64,000 nucleotides of DNA from Haplodiscus bocki (Eukaryota). Below, piece after piece: positions 14,086 to 24,258 of this stretch. The DNA is taken from assembly GCA_965655095.1 (NCBI GenBank), contig OZ296651.1:111724001-111788000 (forward strand), given 5' to 3'. A program made the position numbers and the translations under genes. The notes under the pieces are model-generated. The model ran no database searches and was not told where the DNA came from. It saw only the letters and a program-made list of their open reading frames with translations. The number at the start of each line of letters is the position of its first letter. Within the stretch, counting starts at the first letter, position 1.

Positions 14086-14450
14086 TTTACAATTTAATCA
14101 GTAACAAATTACAAATCGAAAGCGACACGAAAAAAAAATTAAAACACTGTCCTAGCAGCGTCAATTAGCCAAGATTATTCGAAATCAAAAAAGCACCTTT
14201 GTTTGTTTTTAATGGTAGCACCAATAAAATTTCTAAATTGTGTTATCATGAAAAAACTACCAAGAGTATTCGAAACATAGGTGCAACGACCAAGATTGTA
14301 ATACCATTTTCAAGAAACTTGCAACTGAAGCCTAGAACAACTCACGGCCAGATCTTCACCATTTCCAGTGCACGTAGCGGTTTTTGCGATGGGAGAGTCC
14401 TAAACAACATTGGTGTTAGAATGGAAGTTTATGGAAAAAACGTAACCCTT

Positions 14451-15324
14451 CTATAGATAAATTCCAAAGAGTTTAGAGCTAGAAACATTCAATTGCTGGA
14501 AAGTTGATATCAAGCGCAAATTACTGGAATCAATACTGTTTTTCAACATTCTAATGTACTGCTGTACACATTTGTTACCTAAAATCCGTCTTTTTATAAT
14601 CCACAGGATGTTGGTCACGCCGTGCTGAGACAAATGCACTCCGTCTTTAAGATTTCTTTCAGATGACATTTTAGATGACACGGATACGTAAGTGTAGTGT
14701 CCAGTGGATGTTCGCAGCATTCGGTTTATTTCTTTCACTGCAAGGAAGCACGGTTGGCTTCGCATTACTAAGCCCAGGCAGTATACTTTGTCGCATTTTC
14801 TCTCGGCAATTCTCACAAGGTTCAAGATATCAAGGAACACCTAATAATAAAACAACAGGAAAAAAGGGAAAACAAATGAAGTACTGCTGAGATATTAAAA
14901 ACCCAAAGTAACGGTTCAAAAATAGTTTGCACGTAGCACTAGTTAAAGCACCAGTAGAAAGACGCAGAATTGAAAACAACGTTTTCCTAGACTTTTACTA
15001 ACGTATTTCAATAAAGGATTTGACAAAACACAAAAACATTTCAAATTTTACTGTCGTCTAATTTGATTTTGCAAACAGTAACCCCATGAAACATCACTTA
15101 AGCTTTACCTGTTCTGGAGTTTCAGCTGGACGCCGGCCCCAATTGGAAAGGCCATTCCCTCCAATGAAAATTGTAATGGATTGAAAGCGGCGCCGCAAAT
15201 TTTCCAGGAAACTCGTTACACGTTGGTCCGCCGCTCTGGCGCCAGGAAAACTTTTAACTGCCAAACTTTCAAGCACACCTTCCAGTTGTACGCCCAGAGA
15301 GTCGGTTATGATCAAATGAGCCAT
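14451..15324 (-). CDS. SGNH/GDSL-like hydrolase, 2 exons (15324-15109 and 14840-14451), ~201 aa
   Basis: Blocks IITDSL, FPGAR and IFIGGN in exon 1; KDGVHL (DxxH) in exon 2. Phase-0 268-bp intron 15108-14841 with CAG|GTAAAG donor and polypyrimidine TTGTTTTATTATTAG|GTG acceptor joins the two ORFs in frame. Confidence 0.85.
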
Positions 15325-15651
15325 AATGATCTGGAAGCACTGTGAAAAACGTCGGTTTCTGCAGCTTCAGGTATCATCCCCGAATACGGGGATACAGTAA
15401 CAAGAGTGCCTCAATCAACAATGTCAAAATTTGTCAGTTAACGTATGATTATAATTGTTTTTCAAAAAAACTTGAAAGTAACCTAATTTCTATTGTCCAA
15501 AATTAACGGCGCATTTTTAAATGGACTGTTTCTAGTGCTTGGAATATTAAAGTCCATCAGATCAGGTTCAGTGAAAGTCAATCCCCTCAAGCTAATGAAT
15601 TAAACAGACACATACAAGTAATTAGCAACAAATCATCTCAACTGCAAAATA

Positions 15652-15809
15652 GATAATGCAACACTATGCAGTCGAAGCATTATCGTTTCCAGCAAAAAGG
15701 TTCATGTTGTTGCACGTGCTACTTGGTACATCACTCTGCAGCCGATGCGGTTGCAGCATAACATAAAGCGAAGTTCACCAATGCACCACTATGCAGTCGA
15801 TGCGTATCG
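15652..15809 (-). promoter_or_regulatory. Three bulged stem-loops downstream of RepHel copy 2 (15652-15684, 15728-15748, 15779-15809)
   Basis: Minus-strand cores GCUUC-G-ACU-GCAU-AGU-GUUGC, GCAUC-G-GCU-GCAG-AGU-GAUGU and GCAUC-G-ACU-GCAU-AGU-GGUGC. Confidence 0.7.
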
Positions 15810-15901
15810 CTGTCAAGGCAAGGAAGTTTGTGAGCAAGTAAAACAATTATCCGAAACTAATCCATAAGTTTTTGAGCGGCTTTCTCCTAAAGTACGACTT
15901 T

Positions 15902-18900
15902 TCAAGACACAAGTGATGACCTGCAGCACACTACTAGTTTCAAATCATCTTCTTTGTGTAGCCAATTTTTTGCCACAATTTCCCCCAAATTGATAGCTGT
16001 GGGAAGTGACACATTTTTCTTTTTTGCGTTGACGTAGTGTGATACCGCATTCAGCCACTCCTTCTCGAATGCTCGGATTCTCTCTGAAGCATTAGTCCAA
16101 TTGAAACCAGTAACATAAGCACAAACCATCCAGGGCAAGCGATTTTGTACTTTGGTGAAGGCGGAACCCAGTCCTGCATTGTGCTCTCGCAAACGACGCA
16201 CTAACGACATAGTGGAGCCAATGTACAGAAGGTGCTGCTGTGGTTCACTTTGGAGCAAGTAACAGAACCCCAGATTTTGAACGGGTAGTTCTCTCATTGA
16301 AGGGGGAAAGGGAGATGCTCTTGCATGATCAATTGTAGGGTCACCAGCGGAACTTTTAGTCAAAATTTCATTCGTGAGTTCAGCCCATTGCGATTTTTTG
16401 CAGACTAAATTCAAAACTGCTCGTTTGTTAGATTCTTTCGATCCAACAAAAGTCACCTGATTCAGACTTCTTACTCGACTCATTACAACATAGAGTTGTT
16501 CGGGAAGCCACAAAGCGAAGTCTTTCGATCCAACTATTTGGGTTGCGACCATCGGAAGCGTTTCACCCATTGTCTTATGAATGGTTGACGCAACAAATAA
16601 TTTTAGTGGAAATTGGATTCGTCTGCAAACCGTTTTGTGGTTTAATCGGTGGGTAACACCAGTTTCTTTGCTGATAACAACACAACGCCATTTGTTTTTG
16701 ATCACAGCAAGCGGTGGAATACTTCGGCAACCAGCTGGTGCTAGAGCAATTGTCACAGAGCCATTCTCAATTGTATCCAAAGAAAGTAGAACACAGAGTT
16801 GACCCTGATACGCGGATATAGATGGCATGTTCACTGTTAGTCGTAAAATGGCACCGGGGTACAGAAACAACGACTGGGGTTCAAGACACTTTTTGTTGAG
16901 AAATTTTGATGTACTTGGCGACGCCTCGGTCCAGTTGTCAGTGCTTGAAACGCACATTTCATCAACTGCCGCATTTTCATAAAATTGCGTACCGCTGTTT
17001 TTAACATCCATTATTTTGTTTTCAGTTGCTTTACGTTCTGCTTGTCGAGTGGCAAAAATTCGAATTCTGTCATTCGGTACGTCTTTCCATGAATGGACAA
17101 AATTGCAACCTTTATCGATTATTTCCCAGATACGCCTCGCATTGCCGTCAGTTTTTGGAGTCGCTGACAACAAAGACAACAGTTCTTGGCCATTTTTGTT
17201 TTGCATCCGAACGAAATTTTCCAGTTTGAGAAAAGTGAAAGTTGTGAGAGGAAAAGAAGAACTCATCAAACAAGATCCTGATGGTGGAGGAAGTTGGAAG
17301 AAATCTCCGGTTGCAATAACAAGTTTCCCACCGAATGGAACATAATTTGCTGTGATAACCTGAAGCACATAATCTGTTGCAGCCCAAAGTTCGCTAGAAA
17401 TCATTGACAATTCTTCCACGAAAAGAACGTGTAGATTTTGCAGAAAGCGGCACTTAATAGGAGATCGCTGTAAGTTGGAAAGGGCTGTTCTGGAGAGCGT
17501 TTCTGCAGAAGCATGCTTTTCCACTGGAAATGGGATGAGGGCATTCAGATGTTTTCCAGCCAAAGCGGCAGATCTTTCAGCAGCCAAAGATGTCACTACA
17601 CAGTTGAGACCTTGGCATAAAGCATATGCAAGCGATTTCAGCACAACGAACGTTTTCCCACTTCCTGGAGGTCCAAAGACAATTTGATGCCTGATGAAAT
17701 TGCAGAGTCCTTCTTTATAAATGTCGATGGAACTCAACAGTTTGTCTAATACACGCTTCTGTTCCGTATAAGAGTTTCCACATTGATCCGGGCTTTTCTG
17801 AATGACTGGTTTCCAAAGTAAAGGGACGGTGATGGTTGCATCCAGCATCGCCTGCTCAGTAGGTAATTGTTTCTGACAAGTGTGAAGAAAAGCTACCATT
17901 TTGCATTTTTCCATACTGATTTGCACTGCTAGTGTTTCTTCGTATTCTTCAATGACACTTCTGTCCAGCACAGGCGGTAGCGCAGCAGCGAAATAAAGGC
18001 TGTTTACTAACAGAGCCTCCGAAAGAACACTGTGAGCCATTAAAAGGTATTTGTCAATTAGTTTCGAGGACCCAGGTACAAAACGCAGTTGTTCCAGCAA
18101 ATAATTTCGTGTTAAATTTTGCACGGTTTTAGCGTTTATGTTGCAGCTTGGAATAATTTTAGCTGTTGTGAAAGCTTCTCTGAAAGATTGCACGTTCAGA
18201 ATGTCCATCTCTGTGTCGAATTCTCCATTAGTCAAGAGCAAATGTAGTAGAAATTTAGTTGGGTTATTCGGCAAAATGTTACTGAAAACAACCACGGCAT
18301 TTTCTTCGGACAACTGCTTCCACTGAGCAACAAATTGTGACGCGTTTTTCGTCACAAGCAACGGAACAATGTGTATTCTCATTTCGCGTTTCAGAATCCC
18401 ATCCCGTCCATCGGTACCATTTGCACGACAGAATTTTACAAAAGCGTCCACAGAACAAGGGCGTAGTTTAACCAAATACCCCAATGCATCAACCCAACAA
18501 CTTCTGCGGAGGCTTCTCTTCAAGAACACTTCATGATTGCTGATGGATTTTTTTGTTTGCGGTTTACAACGAACAAACCAACTGTAGTAATTTTTTAACT
18601 TCGAGACAAACAAAAGTTCAGGTGGGCGGAGTCCAAAAACTGTTACTTTGTCTGGCGAAATAGAGCTGTTTTCAACATCTGCGAGAAGAAAACTTTGTGT
18701 CCTAGTGAACTGCCGGTGCTTTGGGAGTTGTAAAACGTGTTTCCGAACTCGGATTCCTTCCATGAATGTGGCGCCCAACTTAATAATATTGCTAAATCGT
18801 TTTTCAGTGACAATTCCAGATCGATATTCTTTGGGAACAGTTGGCACGTGAACAAAATCGACATTTGTACAGACATACGGAAGTTGTAAGGACCACCAGA

Positions 18901-21900
18901 GACACTCTGTTATGCTGACAACACGACCAGTTACCGATTTTTGTTTTTCATCGCCTCTCAATTTCTTTAGCGAAGCCTGTACCCCAGCTATTTTTTCATG
19001 TGCGATTGGTTCTGTCAAGACTTTGACACTATTTTCTGTTTCACCAGCGACAATTTTGGCAACTGCTCGAGATTCAATGCCGGCTGCATATTTTGCAACG
19101 TAGCGGGGGGCCATGTAGTCGTCACATATTTGAACATTGGTGCTGGATTGTGTCAAAGCAAAAAGAGCAGCGTTCGTTGGTGAATAATGTTCGTTAGAAA
19201 CAGTGGGATAATGATGTTTTCCGGCGGTTAAAGGATCTTTCACTTTTGGGACTAGCGAGTTTTCATCTATGTCTGCTAAATCCATTTCTCGCAGAAGTCC
19301 CATTGTTTCGCAGGAAAAGTTCACAGGAATTTCCTTGAAAGAAAAACAATTCGAAGGAGGATATTTAGGCACACGACAAATTGGTTTCTCCATCCTGTCT
19401 GTCTTCTTATGGCAACGTTTACGACCTTTGGAACAGTTATGGGTTTGATACTTTTGGTAAAGTTCACCCAGATGGAAACGTTCGACTGCGTCCAATTCGG
19501 GGCAACTGACTTCTAAGCCACCCAAAAACGTTTGTTTTGAACAGCAAACACGAGATCGTACATCATCACTAAATTTATCTTCTGGTGTGCACAAAATAGC
19601 ATGCAAGTGAGGAAAGCCAGCTGTCTCTTCCTGCCATTCGTACCTCATCCAAATATGAGACACAGGACCCAGTGGTTTTTCTGGTGAATTTTTCACCCAT
19701 TCCATTACATATTGAGAGGCGCGGTGCCAAGACCTGAGCATGGGCATGAGTTCAGCTTGAATTGCTGCTGAAAGTACTTCCTTCGGAGTGGTTTCTGCGG
19801 GATACATTTCATGCAGTGCTTCAAAGATTTTCCGAATCCCCGGGTGCGTCGATTGACTACAAGTGTAGGTCACAAAGTAGGTTGGATTTTTGTCTCTAAT
19901 TAAAGCCGCAAGTTCGCAGACATTTTTTCGACTTTCCGCACAATCAAACTTGAAAGTTTGAGTCGAAACGAATGAGCAATTACGAGGAGCAGAATTAACT
20001 TCTTGCCATCCTCGATTTAGTATTAGCCTAATGTCACTTTTATGAAGCTGCATGTTCAACAGGCAATCAAACACATACTGCAAATAAGTAGGATTGCAAG
20101 ATGTCAAAAGAGAACCGTCTTTGATTCGAGTTCGAAGCATGTCATCCAAACCAGCGAAACCCAGCTGTTTGTTGTACTTGGATGAATTGTATAAAGCAGT
20201 TGGTATTGCTCCTTGAAAACTGCCGCTGCTAGCTTGACACCAAAAAATCGATGGGAAAAGAAGAGCTTCGGGCTGAATGAGCGGTAATGCAGACGTCGAA
20301 GTAGCTGAAATATTTTCAAGGAAACGTTTTTCTTTCAGGGAAAGGCTGATTGGATTCACGTTACGTCGATAAAGAAGATTGCATTGTGAGTTTAAAAGAA
20401 TATGGAGCGGTAGTTTGAAAGCATCTTCTTTTCGTTCATGATCCACGGAAATCAGTTTTTCATCAGGGTTGGTTTTTAATGATGCCATTATTCTCACGTT
20501 GTCATCTTCGAATTCTTCGTTATTTCTTTCCGGATGAAGAATAAAACTGACAGAAGAACTGTTGCTTGATGCAATCTCAAACGTTTCTGTTGCCGCATCT
20601 GGTTGAATTGGTTCAGTTGCAGAGATGATGTTGGGATCAATAAAATCCCGTGAGGAAGATGATTCCGATACTATAGAAGGGGAATTCGTTTTATTTAAGT
20701 TCTCCAACGGTACTGAATCAATTAAAATACGTCTGTGTTGCTGCTGTAGACCTTCATTGAAGTGACGCTTGCAAACGCAAGAGTAGCATTGCAAATGCGG
20801 GCAGCGCAAAAACGATGCACGACGACATCTACATTGGAAACCACTCTTCCTGAAGTCTCTGGTTAAAGGAATTGTGTGATGTCCACAAATAAAAATACCC
20901 TGACCGGTCAAAGTGCTCAGAAATTTCCACTTCAAATCAATCAATTCAACATTTCTCGATATTTGATAAATCGCAATTGTCCAATATCCCCGAATTAAAG
21001 TTTCCAAGTTATCAGTCGGGGAACCTTCTGTTTTTTTGGCAAATTTTGTACTTTTCTCAATGAGCCAAAACCCTTGAAACTTTCCTCCATGTCTAACTAA
21101 CCACCTCGGTTCTCCCTTGCTGCTTCCATCCTTCGTTCCAACTGCGATCAATTCAAATTCATTGTCGGAAATAATCAGGGTTAACGGTGGTTCAACCTTG
21201 TTCCGCAAACTTTTTGGGGAACCTGTCGTAAAAATGGCATGGGTCATGTTGTACGAAACGTGCTCTCTGGTGGCTGAACCGATATTTTTCCGTTTGTCTA
21301 AGGGAAAGTGTTGAATGGTGTTACAAATTTTTGATAGAAACCTTGCTCCTACAAAACAACAACAGTCGGCTGTTCCTTCTGTTTTGTCATCACTTTTATT
21401 TTGTTCAATTACAGCTGATACAGCTTGTTCGGATTTTTCAACAAGACATAAAACTCTTGCTGTATTCATTCTTCCGGTGCCAAGCAACACTTTCCTGAGT
21501 AAAGTGAACAAAGGCCTAAGTGTCACACTGTAATTTGAAGAGTTCACTAAGGAACGACAAAGTATTGGGGAAACACAAGCTGCAGCCTGCACAATCCACG
21601 AAACTATGCTAACTCTATCTTCTAGAGGAGGTGGAGAGCAACCGTAATCATCATTCCCATGAACGAGAGTGTAACAGCTCAACAGCTCAGCATTGTTGAG
21701 ATACTCTTTTTCATTCTTTTCCACTATTTTTGTGAGGTCCAGGCATGTTTGTAAGTCTATTGAAGTGGCCTGTGACAAACAACTGTTGACTTTCTTATTG
21801 TCCGGTACATAATCCAGCATTCCCGAAGCTACGTCATCAAGGATTTTACCCTGTCTTACCCACTCACGAATCATTGTTTTAATGTCTTCTCTGAAGTGAC

Positions 21901-23959
21901 AGGCGACGCCTTCAGCATGATACAAAATGTCACTAGTGAAATCCCAGCGCGTTTTCCGCTTCAATCGGACTGTGCTCATTCCACTGTAAGAGCCAACACT
22001 TCTTAGCAATTGGTATGTATGACTTGCGAAGTTGGCTTTGATGCTGGAGACGAACGACAATGTGGGTGCGATCGCACTAAGACGTTCTTCATAATTCACT
22101 GTAGTTCGCCCCAGCGAAGGATGTGATGGCGGATGAAAGTACTGCACACTGGAGCCTCTTGAGTGCATGGAGCAAGTCTGAACCACGAGTCCCACTTTTT
22201 CATCAACTCGCACTGTAGTTGCTACTAGGAACTGGCGCAGGGACACAAATGGTGTTAAAAAGTCGGACCTAATTCCTCTTAGATGCAGGAGGCTGGAGGA
22301 CTGGAACGAGGTAAAGTTTCTCTCAAAAAAGTTGATGAAGTGATTTGCGGGTATCCAACCTGATTCTTCAATGAAACACCAGCACCCATATGGGCAGCGG
22401 ACGTTGGGATAAGGTTCATTGTCCAGGGCAAGAGCTATGTTAGTCTGCTTTAAGGTTTTCATGAGTTTCTGGAAACGACGCAAACGAAGCGTCCCATCAA
22501 CGGAACATTTCCCAGAAATCCGTTTCTGACTTAGACATCTTTGAACGCAAAGGGGAAAGTAGTGCATGGATGTCATCCACTGCTGTCTCAATTCCCAAGG
22601 TAACAAAGACAAAATATCCATTTGGGTTCTAGCTGGCCTGTCTTGATCACTCAATAGGCTGAAAAACACAGACGGCCAAGCATTGTACCAATCATAACTT
22701 TCGGTTGTGCAATAGAGAAGACAGGGCTTACATAAAGCAACAATGGGCTGCGTTAGCTTGTGTCCAAACACACGGTTTTTAAGATCAAGTTTGTTCTTCC
22801 TCGTCATTTTTAAAGGGTAAAGAACTGTTGACTGGCGCATGCATTTTGCGCAACAGTCAGATCCGCCCGAACTGGGGCACTCGTTGTTCGTGTCCATATT
22901 TGTTGAAACACTATCTGTTCTGGAAAAGGCAGAACATGGGGCGTCCAGCATTTGTGAACAATCGTTGTTTAGGAGGTCCGCTGAATTTGTTGATAATGTT
23001 TCCAAGGCCGAAAGTCTCTTCATATTGGTAGATACTGAAATGTTCAAGGGACTTGTTGCGAGAGTCTTTGGGTGCTCTTCCCAGGCGTAATCAGAATGGA
23101 CTTTTCTTTTTTTCGAAGCTGGTTCAGTTGCAGTTGCTTCGCAGTTCTGCAATGCTACAGTCCGGTGATTATTTTCGCTTAATTGAGAAAAAGGGCGATC
23201 AATTGATGCAACTTGCGCTACGCTGGAGCTTTCAGGACCAAGTGAAACTAGCTCTGTTATCACCTCGAAGTGATTTGCATTCCTGTTTTGTTGAATGAAA
23301 ATTCCTTCTCGATTTACGTTGGAGGAACATTCATAAATCATCCAGGATTGGAACGGAACATGGTACAAAAAAACATCGACTTTGAAGATTTGGCAAAATG
23401 AATATATTTCAACACAGCTTCCAAAAACGCCATTTTCTGCCATTCTAGATTCGCGGAGGTACTCATGGACGGAAGTACAATTCAAAATATGATGTTGGTT
23501 GGGAAAGTCGTCGGAGTAAACAGATGTTTGCAGGCTATTAGGGGGGAAACTGATTAAATTCATGTGGCTGACAATAATGTTTCGTATGATTGGGCCACAT
23601 TCATGTGACAGCCCGAGAGCAACTGCCAGAGAGGAAAAAAGGCAATTACCGTCCCCAAGCACTGCTGTTACCCGGACTGGCTGCGTGGAGCAGATAACTG
23701 TATCATTTCCGATAGCTGTTACTATAGGCTTCCAAAAGTCAATCAACCCCAAAGTGTTCAGCGAGCTGTGTATCTCCGTTCTCGCGGCAGGTGAGACAGA
23801 AACTGAAGCATCGGGAATTTTGTATAAAATTCCTAAAGACTCATTGGCCTGAAGTTCAACTTCAATTGATTTTGCACACACATGATGTTCTCCAACAAAT
23901 TGTCCACAGGAAGTACAACGTCGACGCTTTAAGTTTCCTTTGCTGTTTTGCTTTGACAT
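15902..23959 (-). CDS. Intact Helentron-like RepHel polyprotein: Zn-knuckle, OTU protease, HUH Rep, PIF1-like SF1B helicase, C-terminal GIY-YIG nuclease
   Basis: Single ORF (track starts at TTG 23971; first in-frame ATG 23959). CTSC..H.C; OTU GDGNCLF..GSCVEI..NHFEV; EALLFPSIFW; Rep I YFVTYTC, II YEWQEETAGFPHLH, III YVAKY; helicase GPPGSGKT, FVEELSM, GDFFQLPP, RMQ, RIQFPLKLFVASTIHKTMG, QLYVVMSRV; GIY-YIG GFCYLL..LYIGST..RRLREHN..FT..PW..FEKEW. Confidence 0.95.
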   Translation of the reverse strand: MSKQNSKGNLKRRRCTSCGQFVGEHHVCAKSIEVELQANESLGILYKIPDASVSVSPAARTEIHSSLNTLGLIDFWKPIVTAIGNDTVICSTQPVRVTAVLGDGNCLFSSLAVALGLSHECGPIIRNIIVSHMNLISFPPNSLQTSVYSDDFPNQHHILNCTSVHEYLRESRMAENGVFGSCVEIYSFCQIFKVDVFLYHVPFQSWMIYECSSNVNREGIFIQQNRNANHFEVITELVSLGPESSSVAQVASIDRPFSQLSENNHRTVALQNCEATATEPASKKRKVHSDYAWEEHPKTLATSPLNISVSTNMKRLSALETLSTNSADLLNNDCSQMLDAPCSAFSRTDSVSTNMDTNNECPSSGGSDCCAKCMRQSTVLYPLKMTRKNKLDLKNRVFGHKLTQPIVALCKPCLLYCTTESYDWYNAWPSVFFSLLSDQDRPARTQMDILSLLPWELRQQWMTSMHYFPLCVQRCLSQKRISGKCSVDGTLRLRRFQKLMKTLKQTNIALALDNEPYPNVRCPYGCWCFIEESGWIPANHFINFFERNFTSFQSSSLLHLRGIRSDFLTPFVSLRQFLVATTVRVDEKVGLVVQTCSMHSRGSSVQYFHPPSHPSLGRTTVNYEERLSAIAPTLSFVSSIKANFASHTYQLLRSVGSYSGMSTVRLKRKTRWDFTSDILYHAEGVACHFREDIKTMIREWVRQGKILDDVASGMLDYVPDNKKVNSCLSQATSIDLQTCLDLTKIVEKNEKEYLNNAELLSCYTLVHGNDDYGCSPPPLEDRVSIVSWIVQAAACVSPILCRSLVNSSNYSVTLRPLFTLLRKVLLGTGRMNTARVLCLVEKSEQAVSAVIEQNKSDDKTEGTADCCCFVGARFLSKICNTIQHFPLDKRKNIGSATREHVSYNMTHAIFTTGSPKSLRNKVEPPLTLIISDNEFELIAVGTKDGSSKGEPRWLVRHGGKFQGFWLIEKSTKFAKKTEGSPTDNLETLIRGYWTIAIYQISRNVELIDLKWKFLSTLTGQGIFICGHHTIPLTRDFRKSGFQCRCRRASFLRCPHLQCYSCVCKRHFNEGLQQQHRRILIDSVPLENLNKTNSPSIVSESSSSRDFIDPNIISATEPIQPDAATETFEIASSNSSSVSFILHPERNNEEFEDDNVRIMASLKTNPDEKLISVDHERKEDAFKLPLHILLNSQCNLLYRRNVNPISLSLKEKRFLENISATSTSALPLIQPEALLFPSIFWCQASSGSFQGAIPTALYNSSKYNKQLGFAGLDDMLRTRIKDGSLLTSCNPTYLQYVFDCLLNMQLHKSDIRLILNRGWQEVNSAPRNCSFVSTQTFKFDCAESRKNVCELAALIRDKNPTYFVTYTCSQSTHPGIRKIFEALHEMYPAETTPKEVLSAAIQAELMPMLRSWHRASQYVMEWVKNSPEKPLGPVSHIWMRYEWQEETAGFPHLHAILCTPEDKFSDDVRSRVCCSKQTFLGGLEVSCPELDAVERFHLGELYQKYQTHNCSKGRKRCHKKTDRMEKPICRVPKYPPSNCFSFKEIPVNFSCETMGLLREMDLADIDENSLVPKVKDPLTAGKHHYPTVSNEHYSPTNAALFALTQSSTNVQICDDYMAPRYVAKYAAGIESRAVAKIVAGETENSVKVLTEPIAHEKIAGVQASLKKLRGDEKQKSVTGRVVSITECLWWSLQLPYVCTNVDFVHVPTVPKEYRSGIVTEKRFSNIIKLGATFMEGIRVRKHVLQLPKHRQFTRTQSFLLADVENSSISPDKVTVFGLRPPELLFVSKLKNYYSWFVRCKPQTKKSISNHEVFLKRSLRRSCWVDALGYLVKLRPCSVDAFVKFCRANGTDGRDGILKREMRIHIVPLLVTKNASQFVAQWKQLSEENAVVVFSNILPNNPTKFLLHLLLTNGEFDTEMDILNVQSFREAFTTAKIIPSCNINAKTVQNLTRNYLLEQLRFVPGSSKLIDKYLLMAHSVLSEALLVNSLYFAAALPPVLDRSVIEEYEETLAVQISMEKCKMVAFLHTCQKQLPTEQAMLDATITVPLLWKPVIQKSPDQCGNSYTEQKRVLDKLLSSIDIYKEGLCNFIRHQIVFGPPGSGKTFVVLKSLAYALCQGLNCVVTSLAAERSAALAGKHLNALIPFPVEKHASAETLSRTALSNLQRSPIKCRFLQNLHVLFVEELSMISSELWAATDYVLQVITANYVPFGGKLVIATGDFFQLPPPSGSCLMSSSFPLTTFTFLKLENFVRMQNKNGQELLSLLSATPKTDGNARRIWEIIDKGCNFVHSWKDVPNDRIRIFATRQAERKATENKIMDVKNSGTQFYENAAVDEMCVSSTDNWTEASPSTSKFLNKKCLEPQSLFLYPGAILRLTVNMPSISAYQGQLCVLLSLDTIENGSVTIALAPAGCRSIPPLAVIKNKWRCVVISKETGVTHRLNHKTVCRRIQFPLKLFVASTIHKTMGETLPMVATQIVGSKDFALWLPEQLYVVMSRVRSLNQVTFVGSKESNKRAVLNLVCKKSQWAELTNEILTKSSAGDPTIDHARASPFPPSMRELPVQNLGFCYLLQSEPQQHLLYIGSTMSLVRRLREHNAGLGSAFTKVQNRLPWMVCAYVTGFNWTNASERIRAFEKEWLNAVSHYVNAKKKNVSLPTAINLGEIVAKNWLHKEDDLKLVVCCRSSLVS

Positions 23960-24220
23960 TGTCAAACACAACAGACATTAGTTCAATGGGATCATAACTA
24001 TATGAAAGAACAAAAAGTTACAATACAACCACACGTTGAATAAATTGCAGGCAAATTCGTATAGCAGGTAAATACATCAAATTGTCGTTTGAGCAAAGTC
24101 TTTTGAGGTTCGATTACAAACCGTTGCCTGTCTAGTTAATTTTAAGGGTCGATGCAGCGGAAAAGATAAGCCAGTACGGTAAAAAATCATAATTCGTTTC
24201 CAACCATTCATAAACCAGGC

Positions 24221-24258
24221 GCCTTGGTTTTGCGAACGGAATGGAGCAAAACCAAGGC
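24221..24258. promoter_or_regulatory. Conserved 13-bp-arm hairpin upstream of copy 2
   Basis: GCCTTGGTTTTGC-gaacggaatgga-GCAAAACCAAGGC, 262 bp upstream of the ATG. Confidence 0.75.

Larger units (their letters stand above)
9460..24258 (-). mobile_element. Putative full-length Helentron-like element 2 (~14.8 kb): 5' hairpin, RepHel-GIY-YIG, SGNH, OB-fold gene, terminal repeat array
   Basis: All three genes are co-oriented and each is followed by the same stem-loop. The hairpin/RepHel/array layout recurs at 27503-42025 (~14.5 kb). Exact ends are inferred. Confidence 0.55.

Noticed and set aside
15652-15809. Stem-loop repeats as CRISPR array, iron-responsive element or tRNA fragments
   Set aside because: Eukaryotic context with no cas genes and irregular spacing; the loop is GYAN, not the IRE CAGUGH; no cloverleaf.
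15902-23959. Interpretation as a host PIF1 or SLX1 gene, or a giant-virus insertion
   Set aside because: Fusion to a Helitron-type HUH Rep, three tandem copies with two decayed, and no capsid, polymerase or packaging genes all point to a rolling-circle transposon.
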